From NCBI RefSeq assembly GCF_963921235.1, contig NC_086108.1, positions 63,056,001-63,120,000 of the forward strand: a stretch of 64,000 nucleotides of DNA. Reading direction: 5' to 3'. The DNA comes from Mobula hypostoma. Taxonomy: Eukaryota. The position numbers and the translations under genes were made by a program. This document shows, piece by piece, positions 12,263 through 25,799 of the stretch (positions within the stretch are counted from its first letter, which is position 1; each line of letters opens with the position of its first letter). The notes under the pieces were generated by a model. It was not told where the DNA came from. It made no database searches and was given only the letters and a program-made list of their open reading frames with translations.

Positions 12263-14625
12263 ACATAGAACATAGAATAGTACAGCACAGTACAGGCCCT
12301 TCAGCCAACAATGTTGTGCCGACCATCAAACCCTGCCTCCCATATAACCCCCCACCTTAAATTCCTCCATATACCTGTTTAGTAGTCGCTTAAATTTCAC
12401 GTGTAACTGCCTCCACCACTGACTCAGGCAGTGCATTCCACACACCAACCACTCTCTGAGTAAAAATCCTTCCTCTAATATCCCCCTTGAACTTCCCACC
12501 CCTTCCCTTGAAGCCATGTTCTCTTGTATTGAGCAGTGGTGCCCTGGGAAAGAGGCGCTGGCTATCCACTCTATCTATTCCTCTTAATATCTTGCATACC
12601 TCTATCATGTCTCCTCTCATCCTCCTTCCCTCCAAGGAGTAAAGCCCTAGCTCCCTTAATCTCTGATCATAATGCATACTTTCTAAACCAGGCAGCATCC
12701 TGGTAAATCTCCTCTGTGCCCTTTCCAATGCTTCCACACCCTTCCTATACTGAGACGACCAGAACTGGACACAGTACTCCAAGTGTGGCCTAACCAGAGT
12801 CTTATAGAGCTGCATCATTACCTTGCGACTCTTAAACTCAACTTATGAAAGCTAACACCCAATAAGCTTTCTTAACTACCCTATCTACCTGTGAGGCAAC
12901 TTTCAAGGATCTGTGGACACGTACCACCAGATCCCTCTGCTCCTTCACACTACCAAGTATCTTGCCATTTACTTTGATCTCTGCCTTGGAGTTTGTCCTT
13001 CCAAAGTGTACCACCTCACACTTCTCCGGGTTGAACTCCATCTGCCACTTGTCAGCCCACTTCTGCATCCTATCAGTGTCTCTCTGCAATCTTCGACAAT
13101 CCTCTACACTATCCACAACACCACCAACCTTTGTGTCGTCTGCAAACTTGCCATCCCACCCTTCTACCCCCACATCCAGGTCGTTAATAAAAATCATGAA
13201 AAGTAGAGGTCCCAGAACCGAACCTTGTGGGACACCACTAGTCACAACCCTCCAATCCGAATGTACTCCCTCCACCATGACCCTCAGCCTTCTGCAGGCA
13301 AGCCAATTCTGAATCCACCCGGCCAAACTTCCCTGGATCCCATGCCTTCTGACTTTCTGAATAAGCCTACCATGTGGAACCTTGTCAAATGCTTTACTCA
13401 AATCCATGTAGATCACATCCACTGCACTACCCTCATCTATATGCCTGGTCACCTCCTCAAAGAACTCTATTTGGCTCATTAGACATGATCTGCCCTTCAC
13501 AAAGCCATGCTGACTGTCCCTGATGAGACCATGATTCTCTAAATGCCCATAGATCCTATCTCTAAGAATCTTTTCCAACAGCTTTCCCACCACAGACGTA
13601 AGGCTCACTGGTCTATAATTACCCGGACTATCCTACTACTTTTTTTGAACAAGGGGACAACATTCACCTCCCTCCAGTCCTCCAGTACCATTCCCGTAGA
13701 CAACGAGGACATAAAGATCCTTGCCAGAGTCTCAGCAATCTCTTCCCTCACCTCTTGGAGCAGCCTAGGGAATATTCCGTCAGGCCCCGGGTACTTATCC
13801 ATCCTGATGTATTTTAACAACTCCAACACCTCCTTTCCCTTAATATCAACATGCTCCAGAACATCAACCTCACTCATATTGTCCTCACCATCATCAAGTT
13901 CCCTCTCATTGGTGAATACTGAAGGGAAGTATTCATTGAGGACTTCGCTCACTTCCACAGCCTCCAGGCACATCTTCCCACCTTTATCTCTAATTGGTCC
14001 TACCTTCACTCCTGTCATCCTTTTTTTCTTCACATAATTGAAGAATGCCTTAGGGGTTTTCCTTTACCCTACTCGCCAAGGCCTTCTCATGCCCCTTTCT
14101 TGCTCTTCTCAGGCCCTTCTTAAGCTCTTTTCTTGCTACCCTATATTCCTCAGTAGACCCACCTGATCCTTGCTTCCTAAACCTCATGTATGCTGCCTTC
14201 TTCCACCTGACTAGATTTTCCACCTCACTTGTTACCCATGGTTCCTTCACCCTGCCATTCTTTATCTTCCTCACTGGGACAAATTTATCCCTAAAATCTT
14301 GGAAGAGATCCCTAAACATCGACCACATGTCCATAGTACATTTCCCTGCAAAAACATCATCCAAATTCACACCCGCAAGTTCTAGACTTATAGCCTCATA
14401 ATTTGTCCTTCCCCAATTAAAAATTTTCCTGTCCTCTCTGATTCTACCTCTTCCATGATAATGTTAAAGGCCAGGGAGCATTGGTCACTATCCCCCAGAT
14501 ACTCACCCACTGAGAGATCTGTGACCTGACCCGGTTCGTTATCTAATACTAGATCTAGTATGGAATTCCTCCTTGTCGGCCTGTTAACATACTGTGACAG
14601 AAATCCGTCCTGGACACATTTATCA
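12263..14625 (-). mobile_element. CR1 LINE (5'-truncated ORF2), inserted into a Rex element
   Basis: RT ORF 12838-13608 contains QHGFVKGRSC, GVPQGSVLGP and FADD. The C-terminus is at 12390-12818 and a CATAGAACATAGAA tail at 12264. Confidence 0.95.
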
Positions 14626-14647
14626 AACTCACCAGCGACCTAAGGAT

Positions 14648-16016
14648 AAGGACATCTTTAACCTCTTTAACATCTTTAACCTTTAACCTCTTGCTACTGT
14701 ACTTGAAGGTTCCCATCTGCATGGAAAGGGCAGCCAACATACCGGTGCACAAGAAGACCAGGGTGAGCTGCCTTAATGACTATTGACTGGTAGCACTCAC
14801 ATCTGTTCAGTTGAAGTGCTTTCAGAGGTTGGTCATGGCTGGAATTAATTCCTGCCGAAGCAAGGACCTGGACCCGCCATAATTTTCCTACCACCACAAC
14901 AGGTCTGCAGTGAATGCAATCTCATTGTCTCTGCTCGGCGAACATCGGGATGCTGTTTATCAATTACAGCTGGTGTCATACACCATCATCCTCTCAGTAC
15001 TATTTAAAAATCTGGGCCTCTGTACCTCCATCTGCAACTAGCTTTTTGATTTCCTTTTCAAGAAACCACAGTCAGTGTGGATCAGTAATAACACATCCTT
15101 GTTAACAATCAACATATGTGCACCTCAAGGATGTATGTTTAACACACTACTCTACTCTCTCTTTGCTCATGACTGTGGCTAAGCACTGTTCAAATGCCAT
15201 CTATAAATTCACAGTTGACACCACTGTTGTTGGCAGAATCTCAGAAGGTGACGATGAGACATACAGAAGTGAGTTAAATCAGCTGGTTGAATGGTGTCAT
15301 AGTAATAATCTTGAACTCAGCATCAGTGAGAGAAAAAATTAATTGTGGACTTAAGAAAAAGGAAGTTAGTAGAACACACCTGTGTTTTCTTTAAGGGGTC
15401 AATGATGGAAAGTGTGAGTAGCTTTAAGTTCTTAGGCATTGACATTTTAATGGAACTAACTTGGGTCCAACATATTGATGCAATCATGAAGAAGGCACAC
15501 CAGCCACTTTATTAGGAGTTTGATGAGATTTGGTATGTCATCAAAGACTATTGCAAAGTTCTACAGCCATATGGTGGAGAGCATTCTAATTGGTTGTAAC
15601 ACCATCTGTTATGGAGGTTCCAATGCACAGGATTGAAAAAGCTGCAGGTTTCAGATTCAGCCAGCTCCATCATGAGCACAACCATCCCACCATCGAGGAT
15701 GTGTACAAGAGACAGTGCCTCAACAAGGCAACATCTATTAAGGACTCTCACCATCTGGGACATGACCTCTTCTTGTTATCACCGTCAGGGAGGAGGTATA
15801 GGACAGTGAAGAATCACATGCAGTATTTTCAAAACAGCTTCTTCCCCTCTGCTATCAGATTTCTCTACTGTCCATGAACCCATGAACACTATCTCATTAT
15901 TTCTGTTATGCACTATTTTCTACTTGTGTAACATATAGTGATTTTTATGTCTTGCATTGTACTGCTGCCACAAAAAAAGATCATGACGTATGTCACTTAT
16001 TCTGATTCTGATTCTG
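14648..16016 (+). mobile_element. Rex1/Babar LINE, right part (RT to 3' tail)
   Basis: Resumes at KDIFNLS, then CLNDY..VALTS..KCFQR, KFTVDTTVVG and LSPSGRRYR. Ends in a (TTCTGA)n tail. Confidence 0.85.
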
Positions 16017-16077
16017 TCTTGCATTAGAGTGGAAACAGTCCTGAGAAAGACATTGAACAGTGTTGCTATTTTCAGTA

Positions 16078-16270
16078 TCAAGTTCAAATGCAAGTACAAG
16101 TTCAGTATATTGTTATTCAACCGTACCTATGTGTACCACTAGATGAAACAGTGATCCTCTGGACTAAGGTATACAACACAATGCTATAACTCACACACCC
16201 AACCTAAAGTACTATTACCAGTCGTAAATTAACAAATAATAAGGTGCATTTATGACACAAGTTAACAAGT
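16078..16270 (-). mobile_element. Rex-type 3' UTR fragment
   Basis: Shares blocks such as CAAGTTCAA and ATAAGGTGCATTTA..ACACAAGTTAA with 217-425. Confidence 0.6.
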
Positions 16271-16439
16271 ATCAGCTCAGCTTTGATGACTGAGAATTTT
16301 TCTCCATCATTGTTACTATTAAATAGCAGGAATAGGAAACCAAGACAATTACCTACTTGTTGAAGTTTTTTTTGAAGTATTGCAGCACGTATTTATTTTT
16401 CTTTGCAAGAGGAGAAAGACATTCAAGTTTTTAAAAAGG

Positions 16440-19400
16440 CAGAAAATGGACAAATTCACTGGTTCACAAACAGTGAGTATTGGTTGATAATAATAAATTA
16501 TTAGAAAGAGCTGAAATGGCTGGCTACATTGGAAAGATTGATGTGTTCGATTGCACAAAAGATAACTGGCTGATGTACTCTGAGTGAATCAAGCAGTATT
16601 TGGAAGCAAATGAAATAGCCAATGAGAAATGAGTGCCAGTTTTGCTGAGTGTAGTAAGTGGAAAAGCATACAGTTTGCTTAGAAATTTCACCAGTTTAAC
16701 CAAACAACCAAAATGAGCCTTGCTGATATCATCAAGATGTTGAGGAACATTCAGAACTGAAACCATTGTTGATTGCAGAATGCTTTAGGCAGAGATGCCA
16801 TCGAGTTGCAGTCAGGAATGAAAATGAGCATTAACAAATTGCAGTATCTCGACAGAGGCTTGCCTGGCCGAACAAATGGTGTTAAGGGGTCACATACAGC
16901 AGACCAATGCAGGTTTAAAGGTGAAACTTACAGTAAATTCAACAAAGTAGAACACAAATATGTTGGGCAGACAAAAATAAATGAACTGCACAGGAAAAGG
17001 AAAAAAGCTAAAAAAAAAATCCAGTTGCCGTTTTAAGAAGGGGGCTAATCTGCATTAAAATTTTCATTAAAATAGAATTGGATGGAGGCTCAGCTGTTTC
17101 AGTCATTCCACAAAATGAGTTCGAATGGCATTTCAAAGATACAGAACTCTGAAACCTGCAGATATACAACTAAGAATTTATATTGGAGAAAAGATAACTC
17201 CTGTGGGAATGATATTCATAACAGTGAAATACAACAATGAACATTGGTTTTGTCTGTGGTAAAAACAGGAGGGCCAGCCAGCATTGTGGGGCTGTGATTG
17301 GCTGAAACAACTACACCTTGATTGGACATCCATCCACCAGTTTCACGCCACATCCTCTGCAGTAGAGTTTACTGAAAGTGAACTAAGAAATGTACTGGAT
17401 AATGCCATAACAGTGTCCAAGGATGGCTTTGGAAAACTCAAATGCATCAAGGGTAAAATAATATCAAATAAAAAAGGTTTACAAAGCCCATCCAGTTTCT
17501 TATACCATCCACAATAAAGTAGCCAGTGAGCAAGATCACGTGATGGAATTCTTTCCAGGGTTGTGTGAAGCCCTTGGGCAATGCCAGCAGTTCTAGTAGC
17601 AAAAAAGAATGTCTGTCAAGATTTGTGGTGATTTTTAGCTCACCATCAATCCAGCACTGAAGGTAGATCAGTATCCTCTGCCTAGGTTAGGGGATATCCT
17701 TGCAAACCTTCCTGGAGGGAACACTTCAGTAAAGTGACTTGGCTGAGGCCTGCCTACAGATGGAGGTGGAAGAAGAGTCTAAAGTGTTTCTCACCATAAC
17801 TCACAAAGGACTTTATCGCTATAATAGCCTTATTTTTGGAGTAGCATCTACACCTGCACTCTGGTAGAAAACTGTGGACTAGGTGCTGCAAGGCTGCCCA
17901 GGCACTCATTGTTACCTGGATGAGATCATAGTTACTGGTAAGGATGACAAGGAACATCTCCAAAATCTCAAGACTGTGCAGTGTTCAAAAGATTAGAAGA
18001 TTACGGGCTCAGAGCACAATGCAACAAGTGTGAATTTTTAAAACCAAGCATGACTTACCAAGTGTGTTGAGAAACTCCAAGCAGTGATGAATTGCCCAAG
18101 CCCAAGGGACGTATCACAGTCACAGTCTTTTTCAGGATTTGTCAAGTACTGTAACAAGTTCCTGCCAAACCTGGCTATTGTCCTCCAGTCCTTGAACTCA
18201 CGACTACAGATTGGGAAGAAATGGCAATCGACAAAGCAGTGTGAGGTGGTTTTCCAAAAAGCAAAGAAAATAGTGACATTGGACATAGTATTCACTCATT
18301 ATGATCAATGATTGATTGTCAAGTGAACTTGTCTGTGATGCTTTGCCTTATGGTAATGTCACGTTATTAGTAATGGAAGTGAATGCCCCACAGCCTTTGC
18401 ATCACGTTCCTTTACTGCTGTAGAGAAAAATTATGCACAGATTGACAGAGAGGTCTTGAGTCTGGCTTGGGGTGTAAAGCATTTCAACCAGTATTTGTAT
18501 GGGAGAGAGTTTAACCTCAGTGCTGATCATAAACCACTGGTGCCCATTTTCAATCCACAGAAGGGTGTTCCACTAACAGCAGCAGCATGAACGCAGAGGT
18601 GGGCTCTGTTTCTTGGAGGATACAATTACAAGATTGAACTCAAAAGGACAGCCAATCATGGAAATGCTGATGGATTATCCTGTTTACCCCCAGAAAAGGA
18701 AGTAACTGAAAAAATTTACAAAGGAGGACACCGATCTTGATGCATTATCACCAATGCAAATAGAAAGTCTCCCTATTATGGCACAGATGATCCAAAGAGA
18801 AACCAGAAAAGACTCCACACTGTCTCAGGTCTACAGGGCCACCCAAAATAGCTGGAATGTGCTGTTCCCCCATTTTTACCAACACTGGGATGATTTGCCC
18901 TTGACAGAGGTTACCTTATGTGGGGATTGAGAGTTGTTGTACCATCCAACCTGAGAGTAAAGTGTTTGAGGAGCTACATGCCTGTCATCTAGGTGTGTTC
19001 AAAATGAAAGCATCGGCTTGAAGCTTTGTCTGATGGCCTGGGATAGATTAGCAGATTGAGCAGTTTGCCATGCACTTTTCAGGATGACAATACATCCAGA
19101 AGATGGCAAGAGTAGCACCTTTCCTGGAAATGACCTGCAATTTCAGAGGATCCATGTGGATTTTGCGGGACCATTCAGCTACAAAAATGACCAGAGTTGT
19201 TCCCAATAGCCTCCATTACAGCCTTGCACAATGCTGATATGTTGAGAAGCCTCTTCCCAAAGAATGGTGTTCCAGAACATTTAGTGACAATGGACCACAG
19301 TTTGTTGCAAAACAGTTTCAGTCATTCCTGAAAATGAATAGAATAAGCCATATTACATCTGCACCGTCCCAACCAGTTACAAATGGCTTGGCAGAACAGT

Positions 19401-20513
19401 TTATCTGGAATCTAAAGAACACACTGTGAGCAATGTTAATGGAACAGACTACACTAACACTGAATCAGAAGCTCACCAATTTCCTCCTTGCATAGCTGAA
19501 TGCAACAACCTCCACAACCAATAACTCACCAGTTATACTGTTCCTGGGTCATCCCTTGTGCTCACGCTTGGATCTTCTCAAACCCAGTCTCTGAAGGAGT
19601 ATGCAGGACGAACAGCTGAGACAGATTGAGTGCCCCTCAAACAAAGAATTTCAATGTTTCACCACAGCACAAACAGTCCTGGCGAGGAACCACAGAGGTG
19701 ATCAAAAGTGGGTACTTGGAAAGATTAAGGACAGAACTGAACCATTCTCCTGCTCAATGAATGTCATCTAGAGATGACATAACAATCAGTTGAGGAGAGC
19801 AGAGTCAATTGTTACAGAAGAAAGGGGCCCAGAGCGGTCAGAACTACATTCTGCCATCCCAGAATCAACTCCTACAACCACTGTGGAGGAGGCCCCAGAT
19901 TCTGATATTGTTTCATAGCCAGAAGTGTTACCTCCCCTTGTCAGGAAAGACCCTATCCCATAAGAGTAAGAAATCCTCCACAGTGATTAAATCTTTACAC
20001 CTGATTGGGAAAATTTAATATTTTCTATGCTGTGGATATGTATATAGTTGTTGTATTGTATACAGGTCAACCTTCACTAATCCGGCACCAGTGGGACCTG
20101 AGGAGTGCCGGATTAGTGAAGATGCCGAATTACAGAAGGATCACATTAAGCATAATCAGTGCTGGATTATCAAAGGAACCGGATTACAGATAGTCGGATT
20201 AGTGAAGGTCGACCTGTAGTAGATATACATGCGTTACATATTTGAGTTGAGTTGCATATTATATTGAACTGGAGTTTATAGCTAAGCAGAGAGGATTGTT
20301 GTGTATTTAATATTTAATATTTGATTAAGCATTCTTTGTTGTTTACGTAATGTATTACAGTTTATATGTAAAAGTACATGAATGGCATACATCATCATGT
20401 CACCACGTCATAAGTGCATGCCTCACTAAGCAAATCAAAACTAAGACACGCACCTCCCACCTCCATGATTCTCTTTTAATTAGTTTTGCGTTTTGGAGTT
20501 ACAAACTATAACA
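16440..20513 (+). mobile_element. Gypsy LTR retrotransposon (K02A2.6/Mag-like), degraded gag-pol with polypurine tract (PPT) and 3' LTR
   Basis: gag starts MAGYIGKIDVFD. Protease is ELDGGSAVS. RT includes ICGDF, DQYPLP and CYLDEIIVTG. RNase H includes CDA, NYAQIDRE and DHKPL. Integrase includes HVDFAGP, DNGPQF and NGLAE. PPT is AAGCAGAGAGGA and the LTR TG...CA spans 20297-20513. Confidence 0.92.
20063..20216. mobile_element. pogo/Tigger-like MITE, 154 bp
   Basis: TIRs are CAGGTCAACCTTCACTAATCCG and CGGATTAGTGAAGGTCGACCTG, with TA on both flanks. Confidence 0.9.
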
Positions 20514-21767
20514 TCAACACCTCCAACAATTCAGTATTATGGTTTCCTCTGGTACAACAGTAAATTGACTTTTAACTTAAATTTACTGATTCAGAGTGTA
20601 CCAAGAATGAGCTAAAGTAACTGTTCGCATTTTCAGCTATGTTGGAACAACAAATAATTTGTTAATATTAAGAGAATAAAAAATTGATTCAGTGCTATAC
20701 TGTATATGAATGAGTTGTTCTATGTTTTTGGCAGTTAGCTATACAGTGCATCAAATCTTATAAAGTACATCAGCACCCTTGACTGGACATGTGTTGTCCA
20801 TTAAGCCAATTAAGGTTCCCAAAATATAATTAGACATTGACAACAATTAAAAGATGTAGCCTCTGAAATGCACTTCTACTGATTGATTCACTTAGCTACT
20901 GGCTCAGATAGCTGCCTTTCCTCACTCCACCAAATTCCGGAAAGAAAAAAGGGGATCCAATGCCGTTCTTGTTCCTTCCTCATCAAGCACAGAGGTTTTG
21001 CAATCTGGAGTTGGATCTACACCAGTAGCTGCTGCAGGCCACTGTGTATCTTGAAAGATTTATGATGTGTATAATAAGATCCCAGCTTTCTTTGCTGCTT
21101 TCCAGCACAAATACAGTTGAGTTGTGTGGTGTTCTAGGGAAAACTTAGGAACAGGAAAATCAACTGTCAGATAGAAATACAGAAGGACTCCATTCAGCCC
21201 ATCCTGCCAGCAGCATCTCATTGAAAGTGTTATCCCCAAAGACTGTATAAACATCACATTATAGGGGCTTTCAGTTATTGCCACTGTCTTCCAGTTCGTA
21301 CTGTTTAGCTTCCCTTCTCAAATCCATGTTTTGTCCTCAAATGCATCCTGCTGTTTTGATGCATTATAATTTAGCTAATTAATCACAAACAAAACCACAG
21401 TCAGTTCTTAGAGACTCATCTTATCTGCTAAATTAAATATTTCCCCTGCAGTACTATTGTGTAATGTGTCTCTGTTATAAGAATTCCTTTTGGTATTGCA
21501 AATTTTGGACGAGGATATGAATGATCATAGTAATGTGTCAGACAGTTAGTTTACTCCATGGACATTAAGTAAAAAAGAATGAAAGGCATGCTTTTACTTA
21601 TATAGCATCTTTTATGTTGTTTTTGGGTACTCAAATCATATTATAGTGAATGAAAATTTTTGACTTGTAGTCACTGCTGCAAAGTTAGAAATGCAGCAAC
21701 CAGTTGGTGCACTGTGAACTCTGCTGTTTAGCAATCTGATCCTGGTCACATAATCTCCTTTACTGCT

Positions 21768-22480
21768 ATAGAGTCGTAGAACACTACAGCACGTTAACAG
21801 GCCTTCAACCCATCTCGTTTATGCTGAACCATTAATCTGCCTAGACACATCGACCTGTATCCAAATCTTAGCACTCCATACCCCTCCCATCCATGTCCCT
21901 ATCCAAATTTTTCTTAAATGGTGAAATCAAACCCACATCTACCACTTCCACTGGCAACTCGTTCCACACTCTCACCACCCTCTGAGTGAAAAGGTCCCCA
22001 CTCATGTTCCCCTTAGATATTATATCTTTCACCCTTAACACATGGCCTCTAGTTCTAGTCTCACTCAACTCTGGAAAAAGCCTGCTTTAATTTACGCTTG
22101 CTATACCCCTCATACTTTTGTATACCTCTTTCAAATCTCCTGTCATTCATCTACACTCTAGTGAATAAAGTTCTAACCAATTCAACCTTTCCCTATTACT
22201 CAGGACCTCAAGTCCCAGCAACATCCTTTTAAATTTTCTGTGAGCTCTTTCAATCTTATTGATATCTTTCTTGTAGGTACAGTAGGTGACCAAAACTGCA
22301 CACAATACTCCAAAATAGGGATCACTAACAGGTTATGCAAGTTCAACATGACATACCAACTCCGGTATTCAGTACTTTAATTTATGAAGGCCAATATGCC
22401 AAAAGCTTTCTTTACAACCCTATCTACCTGTGGCATCACTTTCAATGAATTATGGATCTATATTCCCAGATCCTTCTGTT
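21768..22480 (-). mobile_element. CR1 3' fragment
   Basis: Encodes LEYCVQFWSP and TRGH...FTQRVVRVWNELP, followed by a CR1 tail. Confidence 0.88.
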
Positions 22481-22777
22481 GTTGACTAATATGGAATATT
22501 TTACTTCCACATAAGAAAGGAGTTCCATTTTAATGTTTATCTGAAAGACAACAATCCTGGCAGTGCAGCACTCTGCCAATACTGCCACAGAGTGTAATCT
22601 TGCACATGCTTCACTGTATCTTTAACAACTTTTGCTTTCTGTGACTCCACCATTTTTTTTGTGTTGTCTCAAAAATTTCTATTCAGACCACAGACACTCA
22701 CACCCAGGTGATTTATATATATATATATTACAAATAGTAAAGATGTTAGCATCAATCCCCGTGGTACACCACTTTCA

Positions 22778-22942
22778 TTTATTTAAAGATACAGTACAAA
22801 GTAGGTCCTTCTGGCCCTTAGCACTGCTGGTTGGCCCACTGATTTAACCATGGCCTAATCACAGGACAATTTACAATGACCAATTAACCTACCAACCAGT
22901 ACATCTTTGGGTTGTGAAAGGAAAGCGGAGCACCCGGAGGAA

Positions 22943-22973
<31 letters not shown>

Positions 22974-23072
22974 GCAAGCAACATGCAAACCTGCTAACAG
23001 AGGACACAGGTGTTGAACTCTGAACTCCGACACCCCGAGCTGTAATAGCGTCGCGCTAACCAGTATGCTACC
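22778..23072 (-). mobile_element. tRNA-derived V-SINE (HE1-like) with an internal (CA)n
   Basis: Minus strand has an A-box-like GGTAGCATACTGGTTAGC and the V-core TTTCCTCCGGGTGCTCCGCTTTCC...CCAAAGATGTAC. The 3' tail is CR1-like. Confidence 0.8.
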
Positions 23073-23079
23073 ATTATTC

Positions 23080-23900
23080 CTCACTTGTCCAATTCTGGTC
23101 AGAAAAACACCCATCCATCACAAACCTCCACCTCATATGCAGTCTGTCAATAATCTTCAGAACCAATACGCCTTAACTTTTTGAACCAGCCTATCATGTG
23201 GGATCTTGTTGAAAGCCTTAATGAAGTCCATATAAAACATATTTACTGCATTGGTTTCTTCAGTTTTCCTTGTTACCTGCACAAGAATCAGAATCAGATT
23301 GGTAAGCCATGATCTTCCCTGCACAAGGTCATGCTGACTTCTCCTAATCAATCTCTGTCTTCCAAGTGAACATAAATCCTGCCCTTCAGAATCTTCTCCA
23401 ACAACTCCCTTAACATTGATTTAAGGCTGACTGCTCTATAGTTTCCAGTCTTATTTCATGTTGAATTCATTTCATGACCCCTTTGTTCTCTCCTATTTCC
23501 TTTCTTGTTCTCTCCTGTATACCTCAAAGGATGCATTCGATACCAGTCCTTCTTTTCACTGAAAAAGTTTGACTATATTTTGTTAACCACCGTTTCCTGA
23601 GCTTAGTATCTTTGTGTCTGCCCCTTACGGGGACATGTTGACATTGCACCCTGTCTCCCTTTTAAACGTCTTCACTTATTGATCATTGTTGTCCCACATA
23701 CAGCTGTTCCCAATCTTCTTAATCTATACTTATGCCAAGACCAGTCTTGTACTATCGAAACCTACCTTCACCCACCTTTGGGACATAAATTAAGGAATAA
23801 CATTATTTTTATCCAGGACTAACTTGAAACTTACCACAATTGGCAAATGGTCCCTCCACAAGCACTTCTATTTCTTTTCTATCCTCATTCCTTTAGATAA
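23080..23900 (-). mobile_element. Old CR1 ORF2 fragments
   Basis: Encodes SQHDLVQGRSWLTNL...YMDFIKAFNKIPH. Confidence 0.7.
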
Positions 23901-24939
23901 GGTCAAAACCTAGTTGGTTTCATAGATGAATTTTGATGTCATGATTATATAATAACAAGATATAGCAACTATATTAAAAAGTGCAATATTTATCAGATGA
24001 GCACTGTGCAGTCACAATTCCATTCTATCAGAATTAGTATAATGCCACGATGTAATATGTATAATTATTATCATGCAAAATATACTTTTTGTCCAGGGTA
24101 TGACGGAGAGACTGGAAAGTGTGTAGAATGCATGAAATGCACTGTCAGCTCTACAGGGAGGCTTAAACTTGTCTTTGCATGTGGCTTTTATCAGATTGTT
24201 TGAAGAAAGATCTCTCACAATATCCCTATCATTAATCATGTGCTGCAAATTCATTTTGGATTTAAGCTGTTTAAGCAGTAAACCATATAAGTGCTCTGCC
24301 CTGGGTCAATAACAAAATTATTCAAGCATTGGCATAAAAGGAATATTTTAGTTGCAATTTACAATTAAGGCACATTCTTTCTTTGTTTTGCTGGACATAT
24401 GATCAACAGGTGGGAGTACAGTGGGAATATTTGGGGTGCTCTATAATCCTAAAAAAAAAATGCAGCTGGATTGATCTGTACTTTTCTTTGCCCCAAGAGA
24501 ACTTAACTGTTTTCTTTATCCTATTGTCAGAAGCGATTCTATTTATGCTGGTCAGGAAAACAGGAGCGGACAGAGTTTTGACTTTGATTTGTAGAGGTCA
24601 GTTTTAAGCAATTTACAGCTTCAGATTAACTTGTTGCTGGTGGTTATATGGAATCAATTCTTTGTTCTACTTTTTCTTTTTAAATTTGTCAAATTCTACG
24701 TTGCTTTGACTTCCATTACCTCTAATATTATTTAGCATATTTTAGGAATGAGGAAAAGTAAAAATTATAAGCAGCGAGCGACATGATACACCCACTGTCT
24801 AACCAGAGGTTCCCAACTTGGGGTCCACGGACCCTTCAGTTAATAGTAAGTCTCCTTGGCATAGACACGGTGGATGACGGTTTAATAAAGGCTCAAACAC
24901 CTGGGAGCAAAGAGCAAAATTCAAGCCATAGGTTTTATA

Positions 24940-25755
24940 TAGAAACAGGGAAACATAGAAAACCTACAGCACAATACAGGCCCTTTGGCCCACAATGCTG
25001 TGCCGAACATGTACTTACTTCAGAAATTACCTCGGGTTGCCCATAGCCCTCTATTTTTCTAAGCTCCACGCACCTATCTAGGAGTCTCTGAAAAGACCCT
25101 ATTGTATCTGCCTCCACCACCATCACTGGCAGCCCATTCCACGCACTCACCACTCTGCATAAAAAACTTACCCCTGACATCTGCTCTGTACCTACTTCCA
25201 AGAACCTTGAAACTGTGTCCTCTTTTGTTAGCCATTTCAGCCCTGGGAAAAAGCCTCTGACTATCCACATGATCAATGCCTCTCATCATCTTATACATCT
25301 TTGTCAGGTCACCTCTCATCCTACGTTGCTCCAAGGAGAAAAGGCCAAATTCACTCAAACTATTCTCATAAGGCATGCTCGCCAATCCAGGCAACATCCT
25401 TGTAAATCTCCTCTACACCCCTTCTATAGTTTCCACATCCTTCCTGTAGTAAGATGACCAGAACTGAGCACAGTACTCCAAGTGGGGTCTGACCAGGGTC
25501 CTATATAGCTGTAACATTACCTCTCAGCTCTTGAACTCAGTCCCATGGTGGATGAAGGCCAATGCACTGTATGCCTTCTTAACCACACAGTCAACCTGCG
25601 CAGCACCTTTGAATGTCCAATGGACTCGGATCCCAAGATCCCTCTGATCCTCCACACTGTGGATAGGTATAGCTCTTACCATTAATACTATATTCTGCCA
25701 TCATATTTGACCTTCCAAAATCAACCACCTCACACTTATCTGGGTTGAACGCCAT
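24940..25755 (-). mobile_element. CR1 3' fragment, same subfamily as 1130-4240
   Basis: Closely similar to 1130-1930, with a CATAGAAAACCTACAGCAC tail. Confidence 0.92.
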
Positions 25756-25799
25756 TTTAAAGAGCAAGAGAAAATCAGGAGAGTGACCTTCTTCTAGAA

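Noticed and set aside
12838..13608. Longest ORF (256 aa, RT) as a functional or domesticated gene
   Set aside because: It is a piece of a frameshifted, 5'-truncated CR1 ORF2 with stops and frameshifts on both sides.
12913..14037. Long plus-strand ORFs opposite the CR1
   Set aside because: These are antisense shadows of CR1 ORF2.
24800..24860. CAGAGGTTCCCAAC hAT-like terminus
   Set aside because: Too short, with no clear partner TIR or TSD, so I cannot support it as a feature.
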